A stretch of 64,000 nt of DNA from Verrucomicrobiota bacterium (lineage in GTDB: Bacteria > Verrucomicrobiota > Verrucomicrobiia > Verrucomicrobiales > DEV007): contig JASFYY010000048.1 in the NCBI GenBank assembly GCA_045046875.1, positions 16,298 to 80,297 on the forward strand, in the 5' to 3' direction. Under the pieces are notes generated by a model, which saw only the letters and a program-made list of their open reading frames with translations, did no database searches and was not told the DNA's origin. Below, one piece after another: positions 19,723 to 29,017 of this stretch; the first letter of the stretch is position 1; each line of letters opens with the position of its first letter. Both the position numbers and the translations under genes were made by a program.

Positions 19723-20528
19723 TTACTACGAGCTGATGCGGAAGCATTGGAAAAAGGCAAACGGACAAAAGCCGGAGTGGCCTGACGACTCTGAATGGCA
19801 ATCGCCTGGCGAATCGATGTAGCCAAAGCAGGCTCCTCCGTCCAAGTCCACCCTTTCAACCCAGGAGTTCCATAACCACTGTATTCTCCGGTTTGATCCA
19901 CATACCAAGCCTGGGTCAGGCCCATGTAGAGCACATCCACTTCCCGATCCTCCCCATCGATGCTGCGAATTTCCGTATCAAGAGTGATGCTATTTTGAAA
20001 ATTCAGATAAGCCTGCATCAGCAGCAACACATCCCGCGTGCGGTGCTGCAAAGGCTCCTGGGCATCCGCTGTTTCGAACCGGCCAATCACCTCAGCCATC
20101 TTGCTGCGCAAGGGAGTAGGAAAAATTACTAACAAAGGCCGCAGTTCGTTTTCCAGTTTTGTTATTTGCGCCTTCAAATCCCTGCGCCATTTTTTAAGCT
20201 CCGTTTCCTCTTCACTGAACTGTTTGCGTTTTTTTTCAATCTCCGCAATTCTCACTCCCGCAGTCTTAGTGAACTCGCCCAACTGCTTGATCTCCCGCTG
20301 ACGCACGCCATTAAGATCCGTAAGCGTCTGCTGCTGTTCTTCCCATCCGGCTTGCTCCCGACTGATCATTTGTTTGGTCAGCACCCATTGTTTTAACCCC
20401 GTCCTCACTTCGCTCGCCTGCGGAAGATCTTTCGCAAGCTTAGACAGATCAGCTTCCTGCCCGAGCAACAAAAGCGGACATAACAACAGCACAAAAAAAG
20501 CGGCTGAACTGACAGTTACATTTTGCAT
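19719..20528 (-). CDS. DUF3450-family (TtpB-like) coiled-coil protein
   Basis: Signal peptide, coiled coil, EVDVLYMGLTQAWYV, GWTW; typical position in a TonB2-type operon. Confidence 0.75.
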   Translation of the reverse strand: MQNVTVSSAAFFVLLLCPLLLLGQEADLSKLAKDLPQASEVRTGLKQWVLTKQMISREQAGWEEQQQTLTDLNGVRQREIKQLGEFTKTAGVRIAEIEKKRKQFSEEETELKKWRRDLKAQITKLENELRPLLVIFPTPLRSKMAEVIGRFETADAQEPLQHRTRDVLLLMQAYLNFQNSITLDTEIRSIDGEDREVDVLYMGLTQAWYVDQTGEYSGYGTPGLKGWTWTEEPALATSIRQAIAIQSRQATPAFVRLPFSNASASARSK

Positions 20529-20537
20529 ACAAAAAAC

Positions 20538-23003
20538 TTATTTAGATAACACTGACTTGCCTGACAAAACGGAGCGAGGCTCCCACAATATTTCCACCCC
20601 GACATAAAACATCCTCGGCGCATTCACCCGCGGCCCCTCGGGAACCCGGCTGGTGATCATCACCTCCTCAAACACATTCTGCACTCCACCGATGAATTTG
20701 ACCCGATCATTCATGTGATAATAAACCGCTAGATCCACAATGATGCCTCCGTCAACTCTGCCTTGCCTAGAGGAGTCCACCGGCCGGGACGAATTCAAGG
20801 CCGTGCCAAAAGTATCACTCACATAAGTAGCCGCGATATCCATGCCCCAGGTCTCCGTTTCGAGGCCAATGCCAGCAGCCAGCTTCCACTCCGGAATGTA
20901 GGGCATGTTGGCACCAGCGATACCCGGCCCGCCATTGCCATCTCCATAGATATCTTCGCCGCCGCCGCCAGCCAAAGCATTATCGAGTGTCGCGTCCGTC
21001 CAGGTTCCACTGAAATACATCGGCAGACGCACCGCTTTATCCTGCCAAGGATCATAACTGACCAAAGCTTCGATCCCCTTGACGGTTCCAGTCCCCGCAT
21101 TTTGACTCGCTGATTGCCCCAAACCGGCGGAGGTGCTGATAATATTATCAAAATCAGAGAAAAAACCAACCAGCTCACCATTAAGGTTACCACTGCGATG
21201 GCGAAAGCCGAGTTCGTAGTTGGTGCTGCGCTCCAGATCCACCCCGTCCTTGAGAATCGCCCGCGGTGAGGGCATCGACGCCCCTTCATAGATCCCCGCG
21301 AACACTGCATTCTGATCGTTCACATCGTAATTGCCGCCGATACCAAAAACCCACCAGTCCACATTACCATCGCGAATGTCTGTAGGTGTATTGCTCGCAT
21401 CACTAAGGTAATCCGTGTTATGCAGTTTGACACTCTCGCGACGAACCCCAGGAGTCAAAGTCAGATTCCCCATCTCAACTGAATCCTGCAACCACACCGC
21501 GGTCGCCTCGGATTTCTGCAATCGATTGCCACCCGTGCCGGGGCCAAGATTTTTAATCAGCGGCGACGAGCCTCCAAGGATCACATTCGTATCCTCCTGA
21601 AAACGGCGAACCTCATCCCTATGCTCACGCACCCCGAAATTAAAGTCGTGATCCAGAGCCCCGGTGCTCACTCGCCAATCACCCGAAGCCTGAACTCCAT
21701 AGGCTTCGTATTCACGCGCATTGTGCCGGTAACCCAAAGTCCCCGCCGTGCGCCCCTTCAAGGTGGCTAGATCCGCCGGATCTCCCGTCGGCCCCAAAGT
21801 CCGATGAATCGCCGAGCCGTTGACTTTACGGATTTTAAACCAGTCGCGTTTGAAGCGGTTGTAATAACCCGCAACCTGGATATCAAAATCATCATTCAAG
21901 GAAAGGTCATATTTCACATAAGATCGGTGCTGACGGGTATCCATGTTATCAAGAAACGTCCCTGCATAACGGCGATATGGATTAGCGGAAAGGTCAGTGT
22001 CGGTCTGCCCGACATAAGTTTCGTCTGCATCGAGCTTGGTGTAACCATATTTGAACTCAAAACGCTGCTCAAGCACGGTATCCGGCTCCCAGAAAAACTT
22101 AACCATCGGCTCGAATATTTTATAACCAGTTTGATCAGATTCTTCTATGCCATACTGCGGGGCTCCCTGAATGGTGCGAAACCCATCCGAACGTTTATAA
22201 TACACTTCCGCAAGAAACCCTACCTTCCCGATCGAAGTCTCCAAAGTATTACCGTAATGGGAAAAAATCTGAGTTTCGTTGTAACTGCCGTAAGTGGTGC
22301 GCAAGTAAAACTGCTCCTGTTCTGGAATCGGAGTGGAAAGGTAATTGATCACCCCACCTGTGGTATTGGGACCGTATTTGATCTGACTCGAACCTTTTAA
22401 AATCTCCACTCCCGCCATGCGACCCACATTCGGCGAATAATATGCACTCGGTGCAGCATAGGGAGCCGGAGCCTGGAGAATGCCGTCCTCCATAATGGTG
22501 ACCTTCTCACCACGAGTGCCATCCACCCCGCGAATAGAAATATTGGGAAACAAACCCGCTCCATCCTCTTCGCGCACATACACCCCGGGCACTTTGGCAA
22601 ACACCCGGTTCACATTGGTGTAGTTCTGATCACGAATATCCTGCGCCGTAATAAAAAATCCCGATCCCGGCAAATCAAAAGTATGACTCGCCCCGCCAGT
22701 GATCACCTCGGGAGTCAAAGTGTCGTAAATTTCCACCTCAACCGGACGGGTCGCTGTCGCCTGACGAACGGTTTGCCGCGGCTCGGGCTTGCGCGCCGGA
22801 GTCGTCGATACCACGGTCGCCTCCAACTCTCCAGCTTCGTCTTCTCCCGAATCAGCTTGCACTTGCTGAACTTGATCTTCCGCACGAACACTCGGGCTCG
22901 ACCACAAAGTCGCCAAACCGACCACCACCGCCAAACCATTTAGCTTTAGCCACCCAGCCCCATGGCCAGGTAAAATTTTCTTGCTAAGTTGAATCATCTT
23001 CAT
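20538..23003 (-). CDS. TonB-dependent receptor, FecA-like
   Basis: VPGVYVREEDGAGLFPNISIRG plug, APYAAPSAYY, GVEILKG, YGPNTTGGVIN. Confidence 0.92.
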   Translation of the reverse strand: MKMIQLSKKILPGHGAGWLKLNGLAVVVGLATLWSSPSVRAEDQVQQVQADSGEDEAGELEATVVSTTPARKPEPRQTVRQATATRPVEVEIYDTLTPEVITGGASHTFDLPGSGFFITAQDIRDQNYTNVNRVFAKVPGVYVREEDGAGLFPNISIRGVDGTRGEKVTIMEDGILQAPAPYAAPSAYYSPNVGRMAGVEILKGSSQIKYGPNTTGGVINYLSTPIPEQEQFYLRTTYGSYNETQIFSHYGNTLETSIGKVGFLAEVYYKRSDGFRTIQGAPQYGIEESDQTGYKIFEPMVKFFWEPDTVLEQRFEFKYGYTKLDADETYVGQTDTDLSANPYRRYAGTFLDNMDTRQHRSYVKYDLSLNDDFDIQVAGYYNRFKRDWFKIRKVNGSAIHRTLGPTGDPADLATLKGRTAGTLGYRHNAREYEAYGVQASGDWRVSTGALDHDFNFGVREHRDEVRRFQEDTNVILGGSSPLIKNLGPGTGGNRLQKSEATAVWLQDSVEMGNLTLTPGVRRESVKLHNTDYLSDASNTPTDIRDGNVDWWVFGIGGNYDVNDQNAVFAGIYEGASMPSPRAILKDGVDLERSTNYELGFRHRSGNLNGELVGFFSDFDNIISTSAGLGQSASQNAGTGTVKGIEALVSYDPWQDKAVRLPMYFSGTWTDATLDNALAGGGGEDIYGDGNGGPGIAGANMPYIPEWKLAAGIGLETETWGMDIAATYVSDTFGTALNSSRPVDSSRQGRVDGGIIVDLAVYYHMNDRVKFIGGVQNVFEEVMITSRVPEGPRVNAPRMFYVGVEILWEPRSVLSGKSVLSK

Positions 23004-23008
23004 TCCTT

Positions 23009-23027
23009 ATTGATACTGAGTCTCAAT
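23009..23027. promoter_or_regulatory. Candidate Fur box
   Basis: ATTGATACT-G-AGTCTCAAT, a 9-1-9 inverted repeat with one mismatch, 5 nt upstream of the receptor ATG. Confidence 0.65.
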
Positions 23028-23261
23028 TGCAATAACAAATTATGCGATCTTTGGCTTACGTCAAATTTTTTTCTAGGCCAATTTTAGAATCACCGCAAAA
23101 GAGGGTCACTGCTTGGCAGGATACGCTCAAAAGAATCAGGGAAATCCTGCACTAAGGCCAAAAATTCTCCCTCGGATAAAACCTCTTTCATCCTTTGCCC
23201 AGCTCGAAGCCACTTGCATATTCGGGTAAACTCGAACACAATAAGTCCTCTTGCCCAAGCT

Positions 23262-24158
23262 ATGAAAAACGACGCAGCCCCGATTCACATCTCCCTCTAC
23301 GAAGGAAAAGAAGCCTCCACGCTACCCCCCTCTCATAGTTTCTCCATCATCAGCACTTTGCTTGATCGGGGCTACACCGTGACCCGCACTGCTGAGTTGG
23401 AAGAAGTTTCTTTATCAAATGACCGTTTATTGCTCATCCTCGGAGAGTTTGCCTCCCCTCCAACAAAAATGCCTGAAACCACTCATCCAGTGGAGATACT
23501 TAATATCAGCGGATTGGACTCTTTTGCCATTCTGGAACAGGTGGAAAAAAGCCGGGCAAGCTTTGAGCGCCCAATGAACCAACCTCCCGCTTCACTGGAA
23601 AACACCAGCGCCAACACTGCAAAAACCTGGAAACCCTGGTTCCCTGTCATCGACTTCGATCGCTGCACCAACTGCATGCAGTGTCTCAGCTTTTGCCTCT
23701 TCGACGTTTACAGTGTGGATGACGATCAACAAATCGAAGTCCGCAGTCAGGACAACTGCAAAACCAACTGCCCTGCCTGCTCACGGGTCTGCCCCGAAGT
23801 CGCCATCATGTTTCCAAAGTACAGCGGTGGCCCGATCAACGGAGACCAGGTCAGCGAGAGCGACCTCAACCGCGAGAAAATGAAAGTCGACATTTCATCC
23901 CTGCTCGGTGGCGATATCTACAGCTCCCTGCGCAATCGCAGCGAAGCAGCCAAATCACGTTTTTCCAAAGAGCGCAGCCCCGACAAAGCCCTCGCCGAAC
24001 GCACCAAGTGCCTGAAAAAACTCCAGACCGACGGCCTGATCCCCGCCGAAGTGCTTGCCGACATCGACCTCGCCTCACTTCCTTCTCCCGAGGAAATCAA
24101 ACGCAAGGCGGAAGAAGCCGCCGCATTGGCTGAACAGGCAAAAAAAGCGACCATCTGA
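23262..24158 (+). CDS. 4Fe-4S dicluster ferredoxin-domain protein
   Basis: CTNCMQCLSFC and CKTNCPACSRVCP motifs; start set at ATG 23262. Confidence 0.85.
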   Translation: MKNDAAPIHISLYEGKEASTLPPSHSFSIISTLLDRGYTVTRTAELEEVSLSNDRLLLILGEFASPPTKMPETTHPVEILNISGLDSFAILEQVEKSRASFERPMNQPPASLENTSANTAKTWKPWFPVIDFDRCTNCMQCLSFCLFDVYSVDDDQQIEVRSQDNCKTNCPACSRVCPEVAIMFPKYSGGPINGDQVSESDLNREKMKVDISSLLGGDIYSSLRNRSEAAKSRFSKERSPDKALAERTKCLKKLQTDGLIPAEVLADIDLASLPSPEEIKRKAEEAAALAEQAKKATI

Positions 24159-24163
24159 TCAAC

Positions 24164-25534
24164 TCATTGCAAGATCGCCTGAATAATCTCCGAACGTTGT
24201 TTATAATGTAACGCTTCTTTTTTCCTGCCGAGGGCATAATACAGCTCCGCCATGTTCATCAGAGTTTGAGCCACTTCCAATGTATTAAAACCCAAAGCTT
24301 TTTCCCTGATCGCTAGTGACCGCTTGTAGAGAGGCTCAGCTTGCTCATATTTCTGCTGTGCTGCATAAACCCAAGCTAAATTATTCAACGACAACCCTAC
24401 TTCAACCGCATCGCCACCTAGCTCTTTCTCTTGAATCGCAAGCACCTTTGCCAAATAAGGTTCAGCTAGTGCATGCTTGCCTTGCATATGGTAAAGCGTC
24501 AGCAATTCACCCATGGCATCAAGCAAATCCGGATGTTTTTTCCCCAAGACTTTTTCCTGAAGTATCACCGAGCGAATAAAAAATACTTCTGCTTTTTGGT
24601 ATTCTCCTTGAGCTTGATATAACTTTCCCACGTTACCCAGATTAAAGCATAACTCCCCAATATCATCTCCAGGCTCTGCGTTAATCGTCAGCATTCGCAT
24701 GCCCATTTTTTCAGCGATAGCCAACTCCCCTTTTTTAAAATAGATTAAAATCAGATAAGAAAAATCATAACTCAAGTCAGCGTGCTCTCTGCCCAACTTC
24801 TCTTCCTTTACCTTCAATGATCTTAGAAACAATGGTCTGGCTTGCTCATATTGCTCCAAAACCGCATGAGCTTCACCTAAGTGACTTGCAATCATAGCTA
24901 CCTCCAGATGACCGCTCCCCAAGGCTTGCTCCTTAATCTTCAATTCCCTCCCATAATAAATAACCGTTTTTTCATATTGATCCCGAAACTTACCTATACA
25001 ACCTAGCGTATGCAGCACTGCCACCAGATCAATATGGTCTACCCCCAACTTCTTTTCTTTAATTTCCAGAGCTCGCTTAAGAAAAGGTTCCGCTTTGATG
25101 ACCAAATCGAGATCATTCACCCCCGCTTCAGAATAACCCTGGCTATAATAAAACCCTCCCAGCGCAGCAAGGCTTTCCGCCACTGCAAGATGATCGGCAG
25201 GCAAAAGCTTTTCATTGAGTACTAAAGCACGTTTATATAGCGCCTCCGCTTCAGCAATCCCCCCTTGGTTTTGTTCAAGCCAAGCCAATAAGCTCATGCA
25301 AACCACCAAGTCAGCTCGACGTTTGCCTGCCATGGCTTCGACCTCTTTCAAAGCCTGGCGAGCAGCGGAGAGCGCAAGTTGTTCCTGCCCCTTATCCTGA
25401 AGCTGTATTACCCGCTGAATGTTATGCTTAACCGAAGCACTAACAACAATCGAATCACTCGCAGCTTGACTTGGAGTCTTCAGCGTCAGCAAAATGACTG
25501 TAAAAAAAATGACCCCTCTGGTGGTGATATTCAT
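24164..25534 (-). CDS. Secreted TPR protein (kinesin light chain-like repeats)
   Basis: Signal peptide; repeats such as LNNLAWVYAAQQKYEQAEPLYKRSLAIREKALG. Confidence 0.88.
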   Translation of the reverse strand: MNITTRGVIFFTVILLTLKTPSQAASDSIVVSASVKHNIQRVIQLQDKGQEQLALSAARQALKEVEAMAGKRRADLVVCMSLLAWLEQNQGGIAEAEALYKRALVLNEKLLPADHLAVAESLAALGGFYYSQGYSEAGVNDLDLVIKAEPFLKRALEIKEKKLGVDHIDLVAVLHTLGCIGKFRDQYEKTVIYYGRELKIKEQALGSGHLEVAMIASHLGEAHAVLEQYEQARPLFLRSLKVKEEKLGREHADLSYDFSYLILIYFKKGELAIAEKMGMRMLTINAEPGDDIGELCFNLGNVGKLYQAQGEYQKAEVFFIRSVILQEKVLGKKHPDLLDAMGELLTLYHMQGKHALAEPYLAKVLAIQEKELGGDAVEVGLSLNNLAWVYAAQQKYEQAEPLYKRSLAIREKALGFNTLEVAQTLMNMAELYYALGRKKEALHYKQRSEIIQAILQ

Positions 25535-25546
25535 TCAGTTCCCTTC

Positions 25547-26770
25547 TTACAGCTGCGCTTTAATATAGTCAGAGCGTTTCCTATATGACAAAGCCTTGTC
25601 ATCCTTGCCCATTGCATGGTACAAAATCGACAGGTTATGTAATATCGGAGCCAAATCCGGGTGGGTGTCCCCTTGTTTTTTCTCCCTGATCACAAGCGCT
25701 TTGACATACAAAGGCTCAGCCTTTTGGTATTGCCCCTGTTTGTGATAAAGCAAAGCCAACTGAAATTGATGGTAAGCCAGCTCAATGTTGTCAGCATCCA
25801 GATGCTTCGTTTTGATTGCCAAAGCGCGAACAGCATAAGGCTCGGCTTCGTTCAGCTTGTCCTGCTGCAAATACAGTGCCGTCAGTCCAGAAAGAGCACC
25901 CCCCAAAGCAGGGTCTTCAAGACCTTGTTTTTTCTCCCGAATCTGCAACACCTTTTTAAACAAAGGCTCAGCTTCGCTCCCTTTATCCATCATTCTATAA
26001 ACATCCGCTAATGCTCCCGCAGCAATAGCCAGTTGCAGGTCGTCCTGCTGCAACTGCTCTTTTTTAATCAACCAAGCCTGTTTAAAATGCGGCACCGCCA
26101 GATCGTAACGCTTATCTCGAAATTGATAGATGGTGCCCAAAAAAATGTGCAACTGCGCCACCTCAAGATGATTTGCTCCCATTTTTTCCTGCTTGATCTT
26201 CAAAGCCTGTTGCAAAGGCGACCTAGCCGATTCCAACCACTTCGCTTCATTTTTTTTATCATCAAATGCCCGCCCACAATAAAACACCCCTAACCGTTCA
26301 AGGCCATCTGCCTGCTCAAGCGGGTTACCACCCTGCACGGTTTTATTGACATTGACCACCCGCTTAAAATACATCTCTGCCTTCTCATTGTTCTCTTGCT
26401 GATAATGCAAGCGAGCAAGCAGGTTCAAACTTGCCGCTATCTCCGTCCGATTTGCTGCCCCTTTGATTTCAGCGGACTCCAACAATACCTCCGCGACAAT
26501 AATAGCCCGTTCCGTTTGCCCTTCACTATACAGCCGGATCACCTTGTTCACCTCCCTCCCAAATGGAGTGATGACCCTTCGCCCCGTATTAACCGAACCA
26601 TTAATCCCCTGCCCCGCATTAACCGGCAATCCAGGTGTGGTAATGGTAAAAGTCTTAAATGCAGAACCAATACCAAAATAACGGCCTTTATCAATAATCT
26701 GCCCCGAAACCGGAGCGGCGACAGACATCAAAAACAAACAAGTTATCAAATAGTTAGGGAGATATTTCAT
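25547..26770 (-). CDS. Secreted TPR protein (paralog of the neighbour)
   Basis: Signal peptide; QGQYQKAEPLYVKALVIREKKQG repeats; similar C-terminus; start set at ATG 26770. Confidence 0.88.
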   Translation of the reverse strand: MKYLPNYLITCLFLMSVAAPVSGQIIDKGRYFGIGSAFKTFTITTPGLPVNAGQGINGSVNTGRRVITPFGREVNKVIRLYSEGQTERAIIVAEVLLESAEIKGAANRTEIAASLNLLARLHYQQENNEKAEMYFKRVVNVNKTVQGGNPLEQADGLERLGVFYCGRAFDDKKNEAKWLESARSPLQQALKIKQEKMGANHLEVAQLHIFLGTIYQFRDKRYDLAVPHFKQAWLIKKEQLQQDDLQLAIAAGALADVYRMMDKGSEAEPLFKKVLQIREKKQGLEDPALGGALSGLTALYLQQDKLNEAEPYAVRALAIKTKHLDADNIELAYHQFQLALLYHKQGQYQKAEPLYVKALVIREKKQGDTHPDLAPILHNLSILYHAMGKDDKALSYRKRSDYIKAQL

Positions 26771-26838
26771 TTTTCTACACACAAAGCCAAGGCTTCACTG
26801 CCATCATCCAAGCGCCTACCAACTAAGTCAACCCAAAA

Positions 26839-26866
26839 TAGGGGTCAGGCAACAATTCTTGACAAA
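26839..26866 (+). mobile_element. Solo copy of the Y1-transposase element left end
   Basis: TAGGGGTCAGGCAACAATTCTTGACAAA is identical (28/28) to 61185-61212. Confidence 0.85.
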
Positions 26867-27018
26867 TGAATAACAAGTGAGTCAAAACGTCTCTTTTTCT
26901 TGATCATTTGCCAAAATTTGCGAGGCTTCTTGAGATTCCGCATTCAGCCACCCATTTTTCCTGATACCTCAGGCCTACCATCCCGATCACCCACTTTCGA
27001 ACTTCCCCAATTTCCACG

Positions 27019-28815
27019 ATGGCATCATCCAAAATTCAGTCGGTAAAGCTCCCCACAACGATTCCCTTTACCACCACCCGCCTTCGTCCGCCGAAGAAAA
27101 ACATCCCTCAGACCAAACCCGAACGCGACGCGTTACTGGCTTGCATCCGGGATTATGTCGAACGGGAAGTGCCTGTGCCACCAATGCCACAGGATGAGCT
27201 GGAAGTGCATGCGCGGAAAATCCTCGCCGATACCAATACGGACGAAGCCTATCTGCACTACACCGCCGTGGTGCTCAACAACGAAATGTGGCGCGAAACC
27301 CTCGCCAGCATCCCCTACGAACGCCGCCTGTTATTGATGCCTAAGTGCCTGCGTGTAGAAGATAAGTGCCCAGCACCTTTTGACGAATTCGGCCTGCTCT
27401 GCAAACAATGCGGTCTGTGCACCATCGAAGATTTTCAAAACGAAGCCGAGCGCCTCGGTTACGCCGTACTGGTTGCCGAAGGCTCTGCGGTGGTCATGTC
27501 ACTGATCCAAACAGGCAAAATCGAAGCCATTGTCGGCATCTCCTGCTTGCCAGTGCTAGAGCGAACTTTCCCCTACGTCGAAGCCGCAGCGATCCCGTCG
27601 ATCGCCGTGCCCTTGTTACAAGACGACTGCATCAATACCACCGTTGATAACGACTGGGTATGGGAATACATCCACCTCACCAGTGACGATCAAACGCGCC
27701 GCCTCAATCTGAATGCTCTGCACGAAGATATCCGCGAGTGGTTTGATCAGGATTCGCTCACCGAGATCATGGGAGAAGCCGCCAATCAACAGGAAAAAAT
27801 CGCCCGTGAGTGGCTCGCTTTGGCAGGCAACCGCTGGCGCCCCTTCCTCACGGTCGCTACCTACCAAGCGCTACGCGATGACCGCGGCGAACCCATCCCC
27901 GAGGACATTAAAAAAATCGCCGTGGCGGTGGAATGTTTTCACAAAGCATCGCTGATCCACGACGACATCGAAGACGAAGATCACCACCGCTATGACCAGC
28001 CCACCCTACATGCCCAACACGGCGTCGCCGTCGCGCTTAATGCTGGCGACTTGCTGATAGGTGAGGGCTACCGCTTGATCAGTGAATGCGCCATCTCCGC
28101 CGAACAAAAAAACCAAATGATCGCCGCCGCTTCAATCGGCCAGCGTGAATTGTGCCTTGGCCAGGGAGCCGAGCTGATCTGGGCACAAAATCCAGAGCCA
28201 CTCAAAACCTCCCAAGTGCTTGAGATTTTTCGCCAAAAAACCTCGCCCGCGTTTGAAGTTGCCCTGCAACTGGGAGCCGCCTACGCAGGCAAACTGGACG
28301 AAGTCGCCGAGGTCATCCGCAGCTACAGCGAAAACCTCGGCATCGCTTACCAGATTCGCGATGACATGGACGATCTGCACGAAGATTCCGGTGACAATGC
28401 TCTGCAGCGCATCCGCCCCAGCGTCCTTCTCTCCACCACCCTCGAACGCGCCAAGGGAGACGACAAAAAATTCATGCAAGATGTCTGGTCGGCAAAAGGA
28501 GGCGATCACTTTGAACCCATCAACGGATTCAAACAACCGATCGACCGCATCCGCCACATCGTACGTGACACCAAAACCGACGAACGCACCCTGCTCCTGC
28601 TCGAAACCTACAAAGAAACTGCCATCCGCAGCCTTCAGGATGTGGACAACGCTAACTTAAAAGGCTTGCTTCGACGAGTTCTCGGCAAAGTTTTCAACGA
28701 TCTGGAAATCAAAGGCTGGTGCCGGGAGTTTGAAGTGAAACAAGGTCTGAGAGAAGATGAAGCAGCCGTAAAAAAAGCTCCTATCGAAACGGCAGAAACC
28801 GCTGCAAGCTCATAA
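27019..28815 (+). CDS. DUF116-like Cys-rich domain fused to a polyprenyl synthetase
   Basis: N-part RRLLLMPKCLR...CPA...CKQCGLC; C-part GNRWRP, ASLIHDDIED (FARM), GQ, KT, YQIRDDMDD (SARM). Confidence 0.85.
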   Translation: MASSKIQSVKLPTTIPFTTTRLRPPKKNIPQTKPERDALLACIRDYVEREVPVPPMPQDELEVHARKILADTNTDEAYLHYTAVVLNNEMWRETLASIPYERRLLLMPKCLRVEDKCPAPFDEFGLLCKQCGLCTIEDFQNEAERLGYAVLVAEGSAVVMSLIQTGKIEAIVGISCLPVLERTFPYVEAAAIPSIAVPLLQDDCINTTVDNDWVWEYIHLTSDDQTRRLNLNALHEDIREWFDQDSLTEIMGEAANQQEKIAREWLALAGNRWRPFLTVATYQALRDDRGEPIPEDIKKIAVAVECFHKASLIHDDIEDEDHHRYDQPTLHAQHGVAVALNAGDLLIGEGYRLISECAISAEQKNQMIAAASIGQRELCLGQGAELIWAQNPEPLKTSQVLEIFRQKTSPAFEVALQLGAAYAGKLDEVAEVIRSYSENLGIAYQIRDDMDDLHEDSGDNALQRIRPSVLLSTTLERAKGDDKKFMQDVWSAKGGDHFEPINGFKQPIDRIRHIVRDTKTDERTLLLLETYKETAIRSLQDVDNANLKGLLRRVLGKVFNDLEIKGWCREFEVKQGLREDEAAVKKAPIETAETAASS

Positions 28816-28838
28816 GTTCCGGCACCTCCGTAGCGGTT

Positions 28839-28902
28839 TCGTAGCGCGAACCTCAAACCCGCCTACATCAACGCACTTGGCGGGTGAGCCTCCTCCCTAC
28901 GA
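28839..28902. repeat. GTAG-type REP/REPIN-like inverted doublet
   Basis: TCGTAG...ACCCGCC-N15-GGCGGGT...CTACGA. Confidence 0.55.
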
Positions 28903-29017
28903 CCTCTCATTTCCCTCTCTCTAGCCGCTTTTCGATCATGGCTTTTCATTTTTACCTGCTCCATCATTGACTGTAAACCTAGGATAAGCCTTCTTTCCCC
29001 AAATCTCTCAACTACAC

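Noticed and set aside
28816..29017. SAM or other riboswitch upstream of metY
   Set aside because: I could not find SAM-I/II/SAH core motifs; the structure present fits a GTAG REP-like doublet better. An Rfam scan would settle it
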